Assembly: GCA_964626665.1 (NCBI GenBank)
Contig: CAZVGK010000037.1
Coordinates: forward strand, 1-25,508
Source: an uncultured Gemmatimonadota bacterium
GTDB taxonomy: Bacteria; SM23-81; DAOVCL01
Reading direction: 5' to 3'
Length of the DNA: 25,508 nt
Numbering within the stretch: the stretch's first letter is position 1; every line of letters begins with the position of its first letter. Below are positions 15,962 to 25,425 of this stretch, piece after piece. The translations under genes and the position numbers were made by a program. The notes under the pieces were generated by a model. The model saw only the letters and a program-made list of their open reading frames with translations. It did no database searches and was not told the DNA's origin.

Positions 15962-16175
15962 TTACTTCTTCTCCTTACTTATCCTATGGCTTGATAACAT
16001 AGAGACTTCTTTTTGGACGCAGATTGTCATAATTTTAAATATTATCCCAGATTATGCAGTAAGAAACCACGAGATTATCACAAGATATACAAAATAAGGA
16101 CTCTTACAGGAATTGAATTCAAAACCTGTTTTTCACTTAAAGGGTGAAAGCCTATATTCTTGAAGGTACTTATTT

Positions 16176-16310
16176 AATCTGTGAAAATCTGTGTTCACCC
16201 CGTTAAATAATTTAGAAATAGACATCGTTGCATTTTCAAGCTCGCTTTTATTTGACGGGGTTCACCCCGTGAAATACGAAAGTATATTTAACGGGGTTCA
16301 TCTGTGGTTT
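16176..16310. repeat. Tandem CCCCGTtAAATA...TATTTrACGGG palindromic inserts within a 9-10-mer repeat
   Basis: Units 16198-16259 and 16265-16295 are each flanked by GTTCA (three copies) inside AATCTGTGAAAATCTGT|GTTCA|TCTGTGG. Confidence 0.7.
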
Positions 16311-16375
16311 AAGCATATTTTGGGATTATTTTCTGCAGTTATCAGCGAAACCTGCGTCTTAATTAAACCCAGAAG

Positions 16376-16440
16376 CGAGGTGGCAGAATCCCGATTCTAC
16401 CACCTCCTCCCCTGTCAGGTGAGGGCACCTGATGGCAGAT
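16376..16440. repeat. Palindromic repeat family P, copy 3
   Basis: GAGGTGGCAGAATC-CC-GATTCTACCACCTC plus TCAGGTG-AGGG-CACCTGA. Confidence 0.85.
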
Positions 16441-16487
16441 CGGAGTTTTTATTAGGCAGGATGAACAAAATAAATAAACCATATTAA

Positions 16488-16604
16488 GCATTAAACACCG
16501 AAAATCACCGAGACAATAAGAAAATAGAGGGGAAAATTTCACCTAAAGATGTCCCGATAAATTAGCATTATTATTTTTCAGTAGTTGCGGTGTCATTCGG
16601 TGTT
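16488..16604. mobile_element. MITE-like element, copy 2, nested inside CAGGATGAACAA...TTGTTCATCCTG (16457-16653)
   Basis: Ends match 14954-15072. Confidence 0.65.
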
Positions 16605-16668
16605 TTTTCGCATGATTTGGGATAAAAATCCTGTAAATCTTGTTCATCCTGTCAAAAAATTAATATTG

Positions 16669-17385
16669 TCATTTTAAGACCCTTACCCTCAGGGCCAAAA
16701 AGGCGCCAAAAGGGGAGCCGATCCTGGTTAAGAACCTGTCCAGAGGCTTGAACCACCCCTTTGCCCAGAAGGGGAATACAAAGAGGGTGCTCTTCCAGAG
16801 TAGGTGGAACCTCTTCCCCTGTGGGATTGCTTTGTGTAAGACCCTCCTTAGATCCCAGAGACTTAAGAACCGAACGCTGCGGAAGACAGAACCCTTAAAC
16901 TGAGCCCTTATCCTCCGAGTAAGGGCGGAGAAACTCAGCCTATTCAATACGGCAAGGAAGATTTCTCCCCCTCCCACCCTGAGGGCTTCCCGCACTCCGG
17001 CGATGGGGTCACCCATCAGCTCCAGGGAGGTGATCAGGGTAACCTGGGGGAAGGAACCAGCCCGAAAGGGGAGGAACTCCCCCCGGGCCAAAAGCAGCTG
17101 GCTCTTACTTTCTAACTTCCCCTGGGCGATCTTGAGCATATCCCAGGAGACATCCACCCCAAAGACCCTGGCCTCCCGGGAGGAGAAGAGAATCATATGA
17201 TTGGCCGTCCCACATCCCACATCCAATATAGGCTCCCCCGGTGAGGTCTTAACCATTTCAGTGATCAGCTCGTTCTCTAAGCTTTCGGCATAGCTCCCCT
17301 GAGGGGTCTTGAACCATCTATCATACCCCTGAGCAACCTTTCCCCTGAAGGTTAATTCACCGGGATAGCTTAGATTGGACGGCAT
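16669..17385 (-). CDS. Class I SAM-dependent methyltransferase
   Basis: [14 protein letters not shown] (motif I), GVDVS..ML, GEFLPF. Overlaps the upstream gene by 29 nt. Confidence 0.9.
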   Translation of the reverse strand: MPSNLSYPGELTFRGKVAQGYDRWFKTPQGSYAESLENELITEMVKTSPGEPILDVGCGTANHMILFSSREARVFGVDVSWDMLKIAQGKLESKSQLLLARGEFLPFRAGSFPQVTLITSLELMGDPIAGVREALRVGGGEIFLAVLNRLSFSALTRRIRAQFKGSVFRSVRFLSLWDLRRVLHKAIPQGKRFHLLWKSTLFVFPFWAKGWFKPLDRFLTRIGSPFGAFLALRVRVLK

Positions 17386-17662
17386 CCACCTTGCCCTTCA
17401 TAGTCAGTTCCTTGTCCCTCCGCTCATCTACCTTCAGGTTGGTAACTACCCTCTTAGCTCCAAAGGAGAAAGGCACCTCATGCATCTTCAGCACTGCCTC
17501 AAAGATCCTCTCTATATCCCCCTCGATTACCGTGGACATTGGGGTCAACTGGTATTCCAGGTCTGGATAGTCATCCAAAACCTTGAGACAGGAGGCCACA
17601 TAAGAGCTTACGCTAGGGCTTTTTGTGCCCAAAGGAACAACCTCAACAGAACAGACTGCCAT
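17357..17662 (-). CDS. MTH1187 family thiamine-binding protein
   Basis: [55 protein letters not shown]. Confidence 0.92.
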   Translation of the reverse strand: MAVCSVEVVPLGTKSPSVSSYVASCLKVLDDYPDLEYQLTPMSTVIEGDIERIFEAVLKMHEVPFSFGAKRVVTNLKVDERRDKELTMKGKVDAVQSKLSR

Positions 17663-17780
17663 TTAACCCTCCTTTTTACAGCACAAACAGCTTCTCCTCT
17701 AATTATTCATAAACCTCAACCACGAAGCCACTAAGAGAACTAAACATAAAAACACTTTTTTCAGGTTGCCTTGAGTAGAA

Positions 17781-17875
17781 ACTTCTACCGCACTTTAGTG
17801 CGGGTCGGGGCCCTTCAGGACCCTCTAAAGGGGCTAAAGCCCAAAAGAGGTTACCCCAGCTAAAGCTGGGTAGAA
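17781..17875. repeat. Multi-hairpin REP/MITE-like element (inverted relative of 512-637)
   Basis: Hairpins CCGCACTTTAGTGCGG, GGGCTAAAGCCC, CCCAGCTAAAGCTGGG and terminal CTTCTAC...GTAGAAG. Confidence 0.75.
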
Positions 17876-17881
17876 GGGTTT

Positions 17882-18859
17882 CTACTCCTTGAGTCTCCCT
17901 TCCAGCTCCTCCCTCACCTCCTTAGTGGCCTCCACCATAACCTGAAGCTTTGCCTGAGATTCCTCCCAGGTTCTGGTCTTCAGGCCACAATCAGGGTCAA
18001 CCGTTATCTGCTGAGGGGAAAGAACCTCTAAGGCCTTCCTAAGCCCCTCCTTTACCTCCTCCTTGGTCTCTATTAGATGGCTGTGCACATCTATCACCCC
18101 TAAACCTATCTCTTTGGTAAATGGGTGACGGCGGAAGAGCTCTAAGAGGTCATAATTGCTATTGGCCAGTTCCAGATCGACCTGATCCACAGGGAGTTCC
18201 AAGAGCTTTGGATAGATCTTCTCAAACTCGCCATAACAGATATGGGTAACGGTCTTCGCCCTGAGATGGGCGGTGACCACTCCCAAAGCCTTTATAGCCA
18301 GCTCTATCTCCTCAGGGCGGGTGGAGATGGCCGGCTCATCGATCTGAATCCACTTTGCCCCCGCCCCCTCCAGCTCCTCAGCCTCCCCGCGCACCGCCTC
18401 AGCCAGATCCAGCACCAGATCCTCCTTCCTCCCATAGTATTCGTTGAAGGACCACTCGGCCATCGTATAGGGGCCAGTGAGCATGCCCTTCACTGGCTTG
18501 GAGGTCAGACTCTGGGCAAAGGCGAAATAGCCAATAGTTATGGGCTTTAACCTTTTCACCTTCCCGACCACAATGGGCTTCCGGTAGTAACGATTTCCAT
18601 AGGAACGGACCAGTCCACTTATCCGAAAGCCCTCCATATTCTCCGCAAAAAAGGTAACCATATCACCGCGATACATCTCCCCATCCACCAAGATATCCAG
18701 GCCCACTTTCTCCTGGAGTTTAATCACTTCCTGGGTGGCCTTCTTTTCCAGCTCATAGAGGTCATTTTTGTTCAATTCCCCGCGGGAGTATTGAGCCCTG
18801 GCCTTCAGCAGATAACCAGGTTTGGGGAAACTTCCCACGGTAGTTGTGGAGAGCATCAT
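17882..18859 (-). CDS. Cobalamin-independent methionine synthase, catalytic (C-terminal-like) subunit of a split MetE
   Basis: TTTVGSFPKP, DGEMYRGDMV, VRSYGNRYYRKP, QIDEPA. Zn ligands THIC, ELA and PDCGLKT. ATG 18859 overlaps the upstream TGA. Confidence 0.92.
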   Translation of the reverse strand: MMLSTTTVGSFPKPGYLLKARAQYSRGELNKNDLYELEKKATQEVIKLQEKVGLDILVDGEMYRGDMVTFFAENMEGFRISGLVRSYGNRYYRKPIVVGKVKRLKPITIGYFAFAQSLTSKPVKGMLTGPYTMAEWSFNEYYGRKEDLVLDLAEAVRGEAEELEGAGAKWIQIDEPAISTRPEEIELAIKALGVVTAHLRAKTVTHICYGEFEKIYPKLLELPVDQVDLELANSNYDLLELFRRHPFTKEIGLGVIDVHSHLIETKEEVKEGLRKALEVLSPQQITVDPDCGLKTRTWEESQAKLQVMVEATKEVREELEGRLKE

Positions 18860-19830
18860 CGGATCACCTCCTCTGCTTGGCTCGCCGCCTGGGCCACCAG
18901 AGCAAGCTTCTGGTAGGCTATCTCCCGAGGCAGATACTCTAAGCCGCAACTGGGGTTGATATGGAGCCTCCCTGGGGGGACTATCTGAGAGACCCTCTTG
19001 ATTATCTCCACCAGTTCCCGCCCACTCTCCAGCTTTGTGTTGCGGGCATCGACAATGCCCAGCCCCAACCCCTTCCCCTCAGGTATCTCCTCTATCAGCT
19101 CAAAACTCCCCCGCCCCCGCACCAGATCCAGGCCAAAGAGATCAAAGGGGAGGCGAAACAGTTGAGGATAGAGGCCCTCAAGGTCCCCGAACCAGGTGTA
19201 GAGGGAGGTCTTCACCTTTAGATTGGAGGTAAGGACATTCATTGCCCTCTCAAAAAGGGGGAAATCCTCCTTGTGCTTGAGGATGGCTGGCTCGTCAAAC
19301 TGTATCCACGGGGGATCCGCCCCCTGCAGGGAAAGGGCCTCCCGGTTGAGGGCAGAGGCCAGGTCCATAACCAGCTCCTCAAAACTGGGGTAGAAACTGT
19401 TCTGGGAGAGCCTGGCCAAGGTATAGGGCCCAGTGATCACCGGTTTCACTGGCTTTTCCGCAAGACCTTGGGCAAACCCGTAGTCTCTGAAGCCAATAGG
19501 TTCCTTCCATTCCACTTTCCCCTCCACTACCGGTTGGCGATAATAGGTGTTGGTGTCAAAATATCTGATCAGACCATCTATGGAAAATCCTCCTATCTTA
19601 CGGGCGAAATAGATCTGTCCATCCTCCCATCTAATCTGCCCATCGGTCAAGAGGTCGAGGCCCGCCCTCACCTGTTCGGCAAGGACATCCTTCGTCACCT
19701 CATCCTCTATCCTCTTCAGATTCTCTTCACTTATTTCCTCCCTCTCGAACTTGGCTATGGCCCTCCTCAGCTTCGGCTCCCCCGGGGAGTTGGGTATCTT
19801 AGGGTAGTTCCCTACTGCGGTGGCAATCAT
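18856..19830 (-). CDS. MetE N-terminal-like subunit of a split MetE
   Basis: VGNYPKI, TDGQIRWED, RYFDTNTYYRQP (compare MetE WFDTNYHY), QFDEPA, PSCGLEYLP. Lacks the HxC Zn motif (LYTWFG instead). Confidence 0.88.
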   Translation of the reverse strand: MIATAVGNYPKIPNSPGEPKLRRAIAKFEREEISEENLKRIEDEVTKDVLAEQVRAGLDLLTDGQIRWEDGQIYFARKIGGFSIDGLIRYFDTNTYYRQPVVEGKVEWKEPIGFRDYGFAQGLAEKPVKPVITGPYTLARLSQNSFYPSFEELVMDLASALNREALSLQGADPPWIQFDEPAILKHKEDFPLFERAMNVLTSNLKVKTSLYTWFGDLEGLYPQLFRLPFDLFGLDLVRGRGSFELIEEIPEGKGLGLGIVDARNTKLESGRELVEIIKRVSQIVPPGRLHINPSCGLEYLPREIAYQKLALVAQAASQAEEVIR

Positions 19831-19916
19831 ATTTGGTTTCCTTCCCAGTTAGTGTAACGGTTCACCACGGAATCTCATGGGGAGAACCATCATCAATGGT
19901 CAATTAAACAATTAGC

Positions 19917-20004
19917 AAGTTAAAATGAAATGAAAACGGAAAATGAGGTGTCATTTCCCATTGATAATTGATCAATTGTTAGTTGATCAATTGTTAGTTG
20001 ATCA
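19917..20004. repeat. About 55-bp dispersed repeat copy 2, plus 15-bp tandem TTGATCAATTGTTAG x2.5
   Basis: Matches 3687-3743. Tandem units at 19968-19982, 19983-19997 and partial 19998-20004. Confidence 0.75.
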
Positions 20005-20008
20005 TTTC

Positions 20009-21817
20009 TTACCTGCCCTCCTTACCGAGGCCCTGGAGTATCCTCTCCGCCATCTCATATTTATGGAAAGGAGGCATAATGCAAACTCCGGCGGCATTGC
20101 CCCTCAGCTCCCTGAGAAGCTCAATGGCAATCTGCACCCCATCCTCTCCTCTTTTTATCCTCTCCATAATATGGTCTGGGATATTGATGCCGGGAACCTC
20201 ATTCTGGAGGAACTCGGCATGCCGCAGGCTATAGAGGGGCAGAAGGCCGACGATTACCGGAAGCTTGAGGTGGGCAATCCTCCTTAGAAACCGCTCTAAT
20301 ACTGCAGGGGCGAAGAGGGGTTGAGTGAGGATGAAGTCAGCTCCCGCGGAGGCTTTTTCCTCTAACCTTTCCACCTCTTGCTCCAAATTGGCAGCTCCCG
20401 GATTGGCCGCTATCCCTGCAAGGAAGGTTGTCTTCTGGCTTAAAGGGTTGCCTGCAAGGTCCCTCCCTTGATTGAGCGATTTAATTATCCGCAAAAGACC
20501 CACGGAGGTGACCTCAAATACAGCTACCGCATAGGGATAGTCACCCACACTGGGAGGATCGCCGGTAAGGGCTAAGATGTTCTCGATGCCCAACGCATAG
20601 GCTCCTAAGAGGTCTGACTGCAGGCCAAGGATGTTCCGGTCCCGGCAGGTAAAATGGAGGACAACCTCCATCCCCACCTCAGAGGACACCCTGTGGGAGA
20701 GGGCCAGGGGGCTCATTCTTACCCGGGCCATTGGGCTATCGGAGATGGTTAACCCATCTACGACTTTAGCCTTTAACCTGCGGGCTGCCTCCAGTTCTTT
20801 AGTCATATCCACCCCCCGAGGGGGGGCCATCTCTACCAGAAAAAGGAACTTCTCCCCTAATTTCCCGCGCAAAGAGGAGAGGGGCTTGGCCTCTAAAGGC
20901 TCCCGGCTTGGCTTTACCAAGATGTCGACATCTTGCTTGGACCTGTGCTTTGGTTTGTGGCCCTTTACAGCCTGAGAGATTGCCCTGATGTGAGCAGGAG
21001 TGGAGCCACAGCATCCTCCCACAATAGTGGCCCCAACCTCTATAAACCTGAGGGCATAGGTGGCAAAATAGTTAGGGTTGGAGGGATAGAGGAACCTCCC
21101 CCCCACGAACTTGGGCAGGCCGGCATTAGGGAAGGCAGAGAGCATCCCCGCAAAATGGCTTCCCATCTTTTCAATGGCCTCCAAAACTCCCTGTGCCCCA
21201 ATCCCGCAGTTGCTCCCCACTATTTTTACTCCCAATTCAACCATCTCCTGGGCGACCTCTTCAGGGGTAAGCCCGGTGAGGGTTTTCCCATCCTCTAAGA
21301 AGGAGAATTGGGGGACAATCGGAAGGTCCCCCACCTTGCGGCAGGCCCGCAGGGCAGCTTTAGCCTCTTCTATATCGGAGAAGGTGTCTAAAATGATGAT
21401 GTCTGCCCCCCCATCGGCCAGGGCCTGGATCTGCTCGGAGAACAGCTCCTCCATCTCAGAGGGCTTTTTCAGCGACTCATAGGGCCTGCCTACTGGCCCT
21501 ACACAGCCAGCCACCAGGGCCTCTCTAGCAGTCTCCTTGGCAATCTTTGCCCCCTGGTAGTTGATCTCCTTGGTCTTATTCCCCAGTCCATAGAAGTTTA
21601 GGATGACCCGATTGGCTCCAAAGGTATTGGTCTCTATTATCTGGGCTCCCGCCCCAATGTAGGCGGAGTGAATCTCCTTAATCAGTTCTGGCCGCAAGAT
21701 GTTCAACTCGTCAAAGCACTGTCCCTTGGCAATACCCTTGGAGTAGATCGCCGTTCCCATCCCCCCGTCACCAACCAGAACTTCCTCTTCTATCCTCTCC
21801 CAGAATGATCTGCTCAT
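20009..21817 (-). CDS. yitJ: Bifunctional homocysteine S-methyltransferase / 5,10-methylenetetrahydrofolate reductase (YitJ-like)
   Basis: N-terminal GDGGMGT, IETNTFGAN, NCG and GGCCG Zn ligands. C-terminal MTHFR motifs DSPMARVRM, HFTCRDRN, ALTGDP, FILTQP. Confidence 0.92.
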   Translation of the reverse strand: MSRSFWERIEEEVLVGDGGMGTAIYSKGIAKGQCFDELNILRPELIKEIHSAYIGAGAQIIETNTFGANRVILNFYGLGNKTKEINYQGAKIAKETAREALVAGCVGPVGRPYESLKKPSEMEELFSEQIQALADGGADIIILDTFSDIEEAKAALRACRKVGDLPIVPQFSFLEDGKTLTGLTPEEVAQEMVELGVKIVGSNCGIGAQGVLEAIEKMGSHFAGMLSAFPNAGLPKFVGGRFLYPSNPNYFATYALRFIEVGATIVGGCCGSTPAHIRAISQAVKGHKPKHRSKQDVDILVKPSREPLEAKPLSSLRGKLGEKFLFLVEMAPPRGVDMTKELEAARRLKAKVVDGLTISDSPMARVRMSPLALSHRVSSEVGMEVVLHFTCRDRNILGLQSDLLGAYALGIENILALTGDPPSVGDYPYAVAVFEVTSVGLLRIIKSLNQGRDLAGNPLSQKTTFLAGIAANPGAANLEQEVERLEEKASAGADFILTQPLFAPAVLERFLRRIAHLKLPVIVGLLPLYSLRHAEFLQNEVPGINIPDHIMERIKRGEDGVQIAIELLRELRGNAAGVCIMPPFHKYEMAERILQGLGKEGR

Positions 21818-21819
21818 CA

Positions 21820-22299
21820 CTAAAACCTCCACATAAATTTAACTCCCCAAGCAGGGCTCACCTGGAAGGAAATTCTCTCCTCAAAGTCCCTTTTGAAACC
21901 AAAAAGATAGGCATCCACATAAGCATCCAGGGCCGATAGGACGATAAAACCAGAGGTCCACCAGACATAAGCATTTCTCCTGGCCTCAGCCTTCATATAC
22001 TTATCCTGGTAGATCTGCCTCTCTCCTGATCCCGAAGGATAGCTCCTCGACTCCTGCCAGAGTTGGTCGGTAGTCTGCCATCTCTGAGCAAGCTTGGCTA
22101 TCAAGGCCGATTCGATTAACATAACTCCAACCCCCTTTGCATACTTATGATTATAGAACTGACCCCAACCGGGGAAGATAAAGGCTCTCAGGAGGGCACC
22201 TCTGGGTGAAGGTTTCCATTCCCTCTCCTTAGCCAGGCTGGGGTGGGGAAGAAGCAAGACCAGAACAAAGAGAATTAGATAGGTTTTCCCATTTACCAT
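21820..22299 (-). CDS. DUF5683-like exported/membrane protein
   Basis: Signal peptide, 'SPRGALLRAFIFPGWGQFYNHKYAKG' and 'SALDAYVDAYL'. Confidence 0.75.
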   Translation of the reverse strand: MVNGKTYLILFVLVLLLPHPSLAKEREWKPSPRGALLRAFIFPGWGQFYNHKYAKGVGVMLIESALIAKLAQRWQTTDQLWQESRSYPSGSGERQIYQDKYMKAEARRNAYVWWTSGFIVLSALDAYVDAYLFGFKRDFEERISFQVSPAWGVKFMWRF

Positions 22300-22386
22300 C
22301 TGAAATTAGCCACCTTCAGCGAGACTTTTCCGACAGGATGAGCAGGATTTACAGGATTTTTATTCATCCTGCCCACAGCATCTATT

Positions 22387-22576
22387 ATTGTAACCCGCAT
22401 TTGAACTTAGCTCCCTTCGGTCGCTAACTTCCCATAGGGTCTCTCGACCCTCTGGCGCTCCACAATCCTCCGCTCGCTCGGATTGCTCCGCTGTCACCCT
22501 TGAAGGGGGCATACCCCCTTCAAACATCCCTCCGCCTTTCGGAATTTCTAAAAAATTCCGAAAGGCGGATTGTAAC
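22387..22576. mobile_element. Multi-hairpin element bounded by the 8-bp direct repeat ATTGTAAC
   Basis: ATTGTAAC at 22387-22394 and 22569-22576. Internal hairpins GGGTCTCTCGACCC, TTGAAGGGGG-CATA-CCCCCTTCAA and TCCGCCTTTCGGAATTT...AAATTCCGAAAGGCGGA. Confidence 0.5.
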
Positions 22577-22602
22577 ATTCCAATCGGCGACCAGCGACAC
22601 AT

Positions 22603-22689
22603 TTGAATTGGGGAAGAAGTGCCCATCAAGAGCTGTCAGCCCCGTTCCGACGGGATTCCTGGCGGAAGAGGAAACTCCTGACAGCACAC
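22603..22689 (+). ncRNA. Candidate structured element, copy B
   Basis: GCTGTCAG / CCCGT-TCCG-ACGGG / TTCC-TGGC-GGAA / GAG-GAAA-CTC / CTGACAGC. Matches 3548-3611. Confidence 0.45.
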
Positions 22690-22766
22690 CTTTTAGACCG
22701 AATTATTCGCAAACTGATAACGAATTGGCATATCTTTTCCAAACTTAAGGCCTTATGTATCGTTTT

Positions 22767-22827
22767 GTAGGGACAGACATTTATGTCTGTCCGCTCTCCT
22801 CGGACTCCGATAGATCGGAGTTCCTAC
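22767..22827. repeat. Inverted GTAG-type REP doublet (REPIN/BIME-like)
   Basis: GTAG-GGACAGACAT-TT-ATGTCTGTCC ... GACTCCGAT-AG-ATCGGAGTT-C-CTAC. Confidence 0.78.
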
Positions 22828-23001
22828 AATGAAAAACTATGGCCCTGCAAGAAGATTTATATGATCTTGTGAATAATCCGGGTTAACAACATCAGGGGAT
22901 TTCTCCCACATCCTAATTAGCTTAGATGTAACCCACACAAGGAAAGTATGGGGAATGGGTTTTATTCATCCTGTCAATCCTGTCTAAAAATGTGAATCCC
23001 T

Positions 23002-23385
23002 CTAAATGAGGGCAATGACCTCTATCTCCACCTTGGCCCCTTTGGGCAACCGGGAGACCTCTACGGTGGACCGGGCCGGAGGGTCTTGGGGGAAGTAGGT
23101 GGCATAGACCTGATTAAAGGAGGAGAAATCATCGAGATCGGCTAAATAAACTGTCGATTTCACCACCCGATCAAGGTCACTCCCCCCCTCCTGAAGAACA
23201 GCCTTTATATTCTTCAAAACCTGCTGGGTCTGGGCCTCTGTCTCTGGGGAACAGATCTCCCCGGTCTGCGGGTCCAGGGCTATCTGCCCGGAGGCGAAGA
23301 TAAAACCGTTGGCTACTATCCCCTGGCTGTAGGGCCCAATGGAAAGCGGAGCCCGCTCGGTTCTAATCACCTTTAGCATCCTCAC
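23002..23385 (-). CDS. ridA: RidA/YjgF/UK114 family enamine deaminase
   Basis: IGPYSQG, SGQIALDP, FNQVYATYF, PPARSTVEVSRLPKGAKVEIEVIA. Coupled to the glmS stop codon; alternative ATG at 23379. Confidence 0.95.
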   Translation of the reverse strand: MRMLKVIRTERAPLSIGPYSQGIVANGFIFASGQIALDPQTGEICSPETEAQTQQVLKNIKAVLQEGGSDLDRVVKSTVYLADLDDFSSFNQVYATYFPQDPPARSTVEVSRLPKGAKVEIEVIALI

Positions 23386-25208
23386 TCCACGGTTACGGAT
23401 TTAGCTAAGTTGCGGGGCTGATCAACATGACAGCCCCGGAGAACGGCGATATGATAGGCTAAAAGCTGTAAGGGGATAACGGTCAAAAGCGGGGTGAGAA
23501 ATTCCATAGTTTTAGGGACATAGAAGCCATAGTCAACCATCCTCTTAATCCTCTCATCACCCTCGGTGCCAATGGCAATCACCACCCCCTTACGGGCTTT
23601 GACCTCCTCTATATTGCTCAGCACCTTATCATAAACCGAGCCCCTGATGGCTATCACCACCACCGGCATATTCTCATCTATCAGGGCTATGGGACCATGC
23701 TTCATCTCCGCTGCCGGATACCCCTCAGCATGGACATAGGAGATCTCCTTCAGCTTCAGGGCCCCCTCCAAGGCAACCGGGAGGTTGTAGCTGCGGCCCA
23801 GGTAGAGGAAGTTGTTGGAGTGGGCAAAGACAGAGGCGATCTTCTTTATCTCCTCATCCTGGTCAAGGATCTTCTCCACCTGCTCGGGAATTAGCTTGAT
23901 GGCCTTGACCATCTCCCTCCCCTGTTCGGCGGATAGGTCCTTCATCCTTCCCAGCATCAGGGTAATCAGGCCAAGCACCATAAGCTGGGAGGTAAAGGCC
24001 TTGGTAGAGGCCACCCCTATCTCCGGGCCGGCATGGATATAGACCCCCGCATCCGTCTCCCGGGCGACGGTGGAGCCGACCACATTACAGATACCCAGGG
24101 TGGTGGCCCCCTTTCTCTTTGCCTCCCTCATTGCTGCCAGAGTGTCAGCCGTCTCCCCGGATTGGCTGATGACAAAGACCACCGTCCCCTCATCGATTAT
24201 GGGGCTCCGATACCTGAACTCGGAGGCATACTCCACCTCTACCGGAATATGGGCCAGATCCTCTATCATATACTCCCCGGCCAGGGCGGCATGCCAGGAG
24301 GTGCCACAGGCGGTGAAGATGAGCCTTCTGATGTGAGGAAGATCGGCATAATAAAGCCTGAGGCCATTCAACCTGGCCGTCCCTTCCTCCTCATTTAGCC
24401 TTCCCCTGATGGCATTCCGCAGGGTAGTGGGCTGTTCAAATATCTCCTTGAGCATGAAATGGGGGAATCCACCCTTTTCGATCATATCCAGGCTCCAGGA
24501 GATCTCCTGGAATTTGGGGGGCACCTCCACCTTCTCCGTGGTAGAGATGGTAAAACCATCCCTGGTGATTACCGCCAACTCCCCATCTTCCAGGTAGACA
24601 ACCTGATTAGTGTATCTGATCAGGGCGGCGGGGTCCGAGGCTACTATATGTTCTCCCATCCCTTTCCCAATTACCAGAGGGCTTCCCTTGCGGGCGGCCA
24701 CGATCTGATCAGGATTGTTCTGACAGAGGACAGCCAGGCCATAGGTCCCTTCCACCTGGGTAAGGGCCACCCTGGTGGCCTCGGCAAGATCCCCCTGGTA
24801 ATACTCCTCAATGAGATGGGCCAAAACCTCCGTGTCCGTCTGGGTTCTGAATTTGTGCCCCTTCCCCTCCAGGAGCTCTCTCAGGGCCATATAATTTTCT
24901 ATTATCCCATTGTGCACCACGGCAATCTCCCCCTTGCAATCGATATGGGGGTGGGCATTGAAGTCCGATGGTCCCCCATGGGTAGCCCAGCGGGTATGGG
25001 CGATCCCCACGGTGGAGAGGAACTTCCTCTTTTTTAGTAAGGCCTCTAAATCGGTGATCTTTCCCACGGTCTTCTCGCAGATGAGCCCCTCCTTCTCAAT
25101 TACAGCCAGCCCAGCCGAGTCATAGCCCCGATACTCCATTCGCTTCAGCCCGTCTATGAGGATAGGGACGGCTTCCTTATCCCCAATGTATCCGATAATC
25201 CCACACAT
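23382..25208 (-). CDS. glmS: Glutamine--fructose-6-phosphate aminotransferase (isomerizing)
   Basis: MCGIIG, EYRGYDSAG, HTRWATHG, SQSGETADT, GPEIGVASTKAF, EMKHGPIA, PRNLAKSVTVE. Confidence 0.99.
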   Translation of the reverse strand: MCGIIGYIGDKEAVPILIDGLKRMEYRGYDSAGLAVIEKEGLICEKTVGKITDLEALLKKRKFLSTVGIAHTRWATHGGPSDFNAHPHIDCKGEIAVVHNGIIENYMALRELLEGKGHKFRTQTDTEVLAHLIEEYYQGDLAEATRVALTQVEGTYGLAVLCQNNPDQIVAARKGSPLVIGKGMGEHIVASDPAALIRYTNQVVYLEDGELAVITRDGFTISTTEKVEVPPKFQEISWSLDMIEKGGFPHFMLKEIFEQPTTLRNAIRGRLNEEEGTARLNGLRLYYADLPHIRRLIFTACGTSWHAALAGEYMIEDLAHIPVEVEYASEFRYRSPIIDEGTVVFVISQSGETADTLAAMREAKRKGATTLGICNVVGSTVARETDAGVYIHAGPEIGVASTKAFTSQLMVLGLITLMLGRMKDLSAEQGREMVKAIKLIPEQVEKILDQDEEIKKIASVFAHSNNFLYLGRSYNLPVALEGALKLKEISYVHAEGYPAAEMKHGPIALIDENMPVVVIAIRGSVYDKVLSNIEEVKARKGVVIAIGTEGDERIKRMVDYGFYVPKTMEFLTPLLTVIPLQLLAYHIAVLRGCHVDQPRNLAKSVTVE

Positions 25209-25308
25209 ATAAACTCCCCAAATTTGATTTCTTTAAATATAATCACTTTCAATCAAAAAGGCCACAAAAAACTTTTCCGATTCTTTGAGAGGGACAATTT
25301 CCCAAAAG

Positions 25309-25335
25309 CGAGGTGGCAGAACCCCGATTCTGCCA
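25309..25335. repeat. Palindromic repeat family P, copy 4
   Basis: CGAGGTGGCAGAACCCCGATTCTGCCA, identical to 434-460. Confidence 0.85.
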
Positions 25336-25399
25336 ATATCAGAAGATCGAGTGGAGGGGTGAAGCCTTAAGCTACCTGTCTCGACGCGGAGTGGGTAAA

Positions 25400-25425
25400 G
25401 TGGGGGCAGGGCTTTAGACCTGTCC
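25400..25425. repeat. REP-like hairpin GTGG-GGGCAGG-GCTTTAGA-CCTGTCC
   Basis: GTRG foot plus an imperfect hairpin. Confidence 0.5.

Noticed and set aside
16193-16300. CRISPR array (GTTCACCCCG repeats)
   Set aside because: Only two short units with unequal spacing and palindromic interiors, and no cas genes; better explained as tandem palindromic inserts.
16191-16487. 98-aa ORF, and likewise ORFs at 22360-22629, 22500-22748 and 12411-12701
   Set aside because: Composed of repeat or palindromic elements; not credible proteins.
22625-22689. SAM-I (ATCAAGAG) or ZTP (CTGGCGGAA) riboswitch for the met cluster
   Set aside because: Wrong strand for the downstream genes, and the remaining consensus blocks (GCAACC/GGTGC; GCCGACCGCCTGGGC) are absent.
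19273-25125. Numerous + strand ORFs up to 194 aa antisense to met genes and glmS (similar ones overlap dinG and recG)
   Set aside because: Fully overlap well-supported genes, lack RBS or motifs, and are expected shadows in GC-rich coding DNA.
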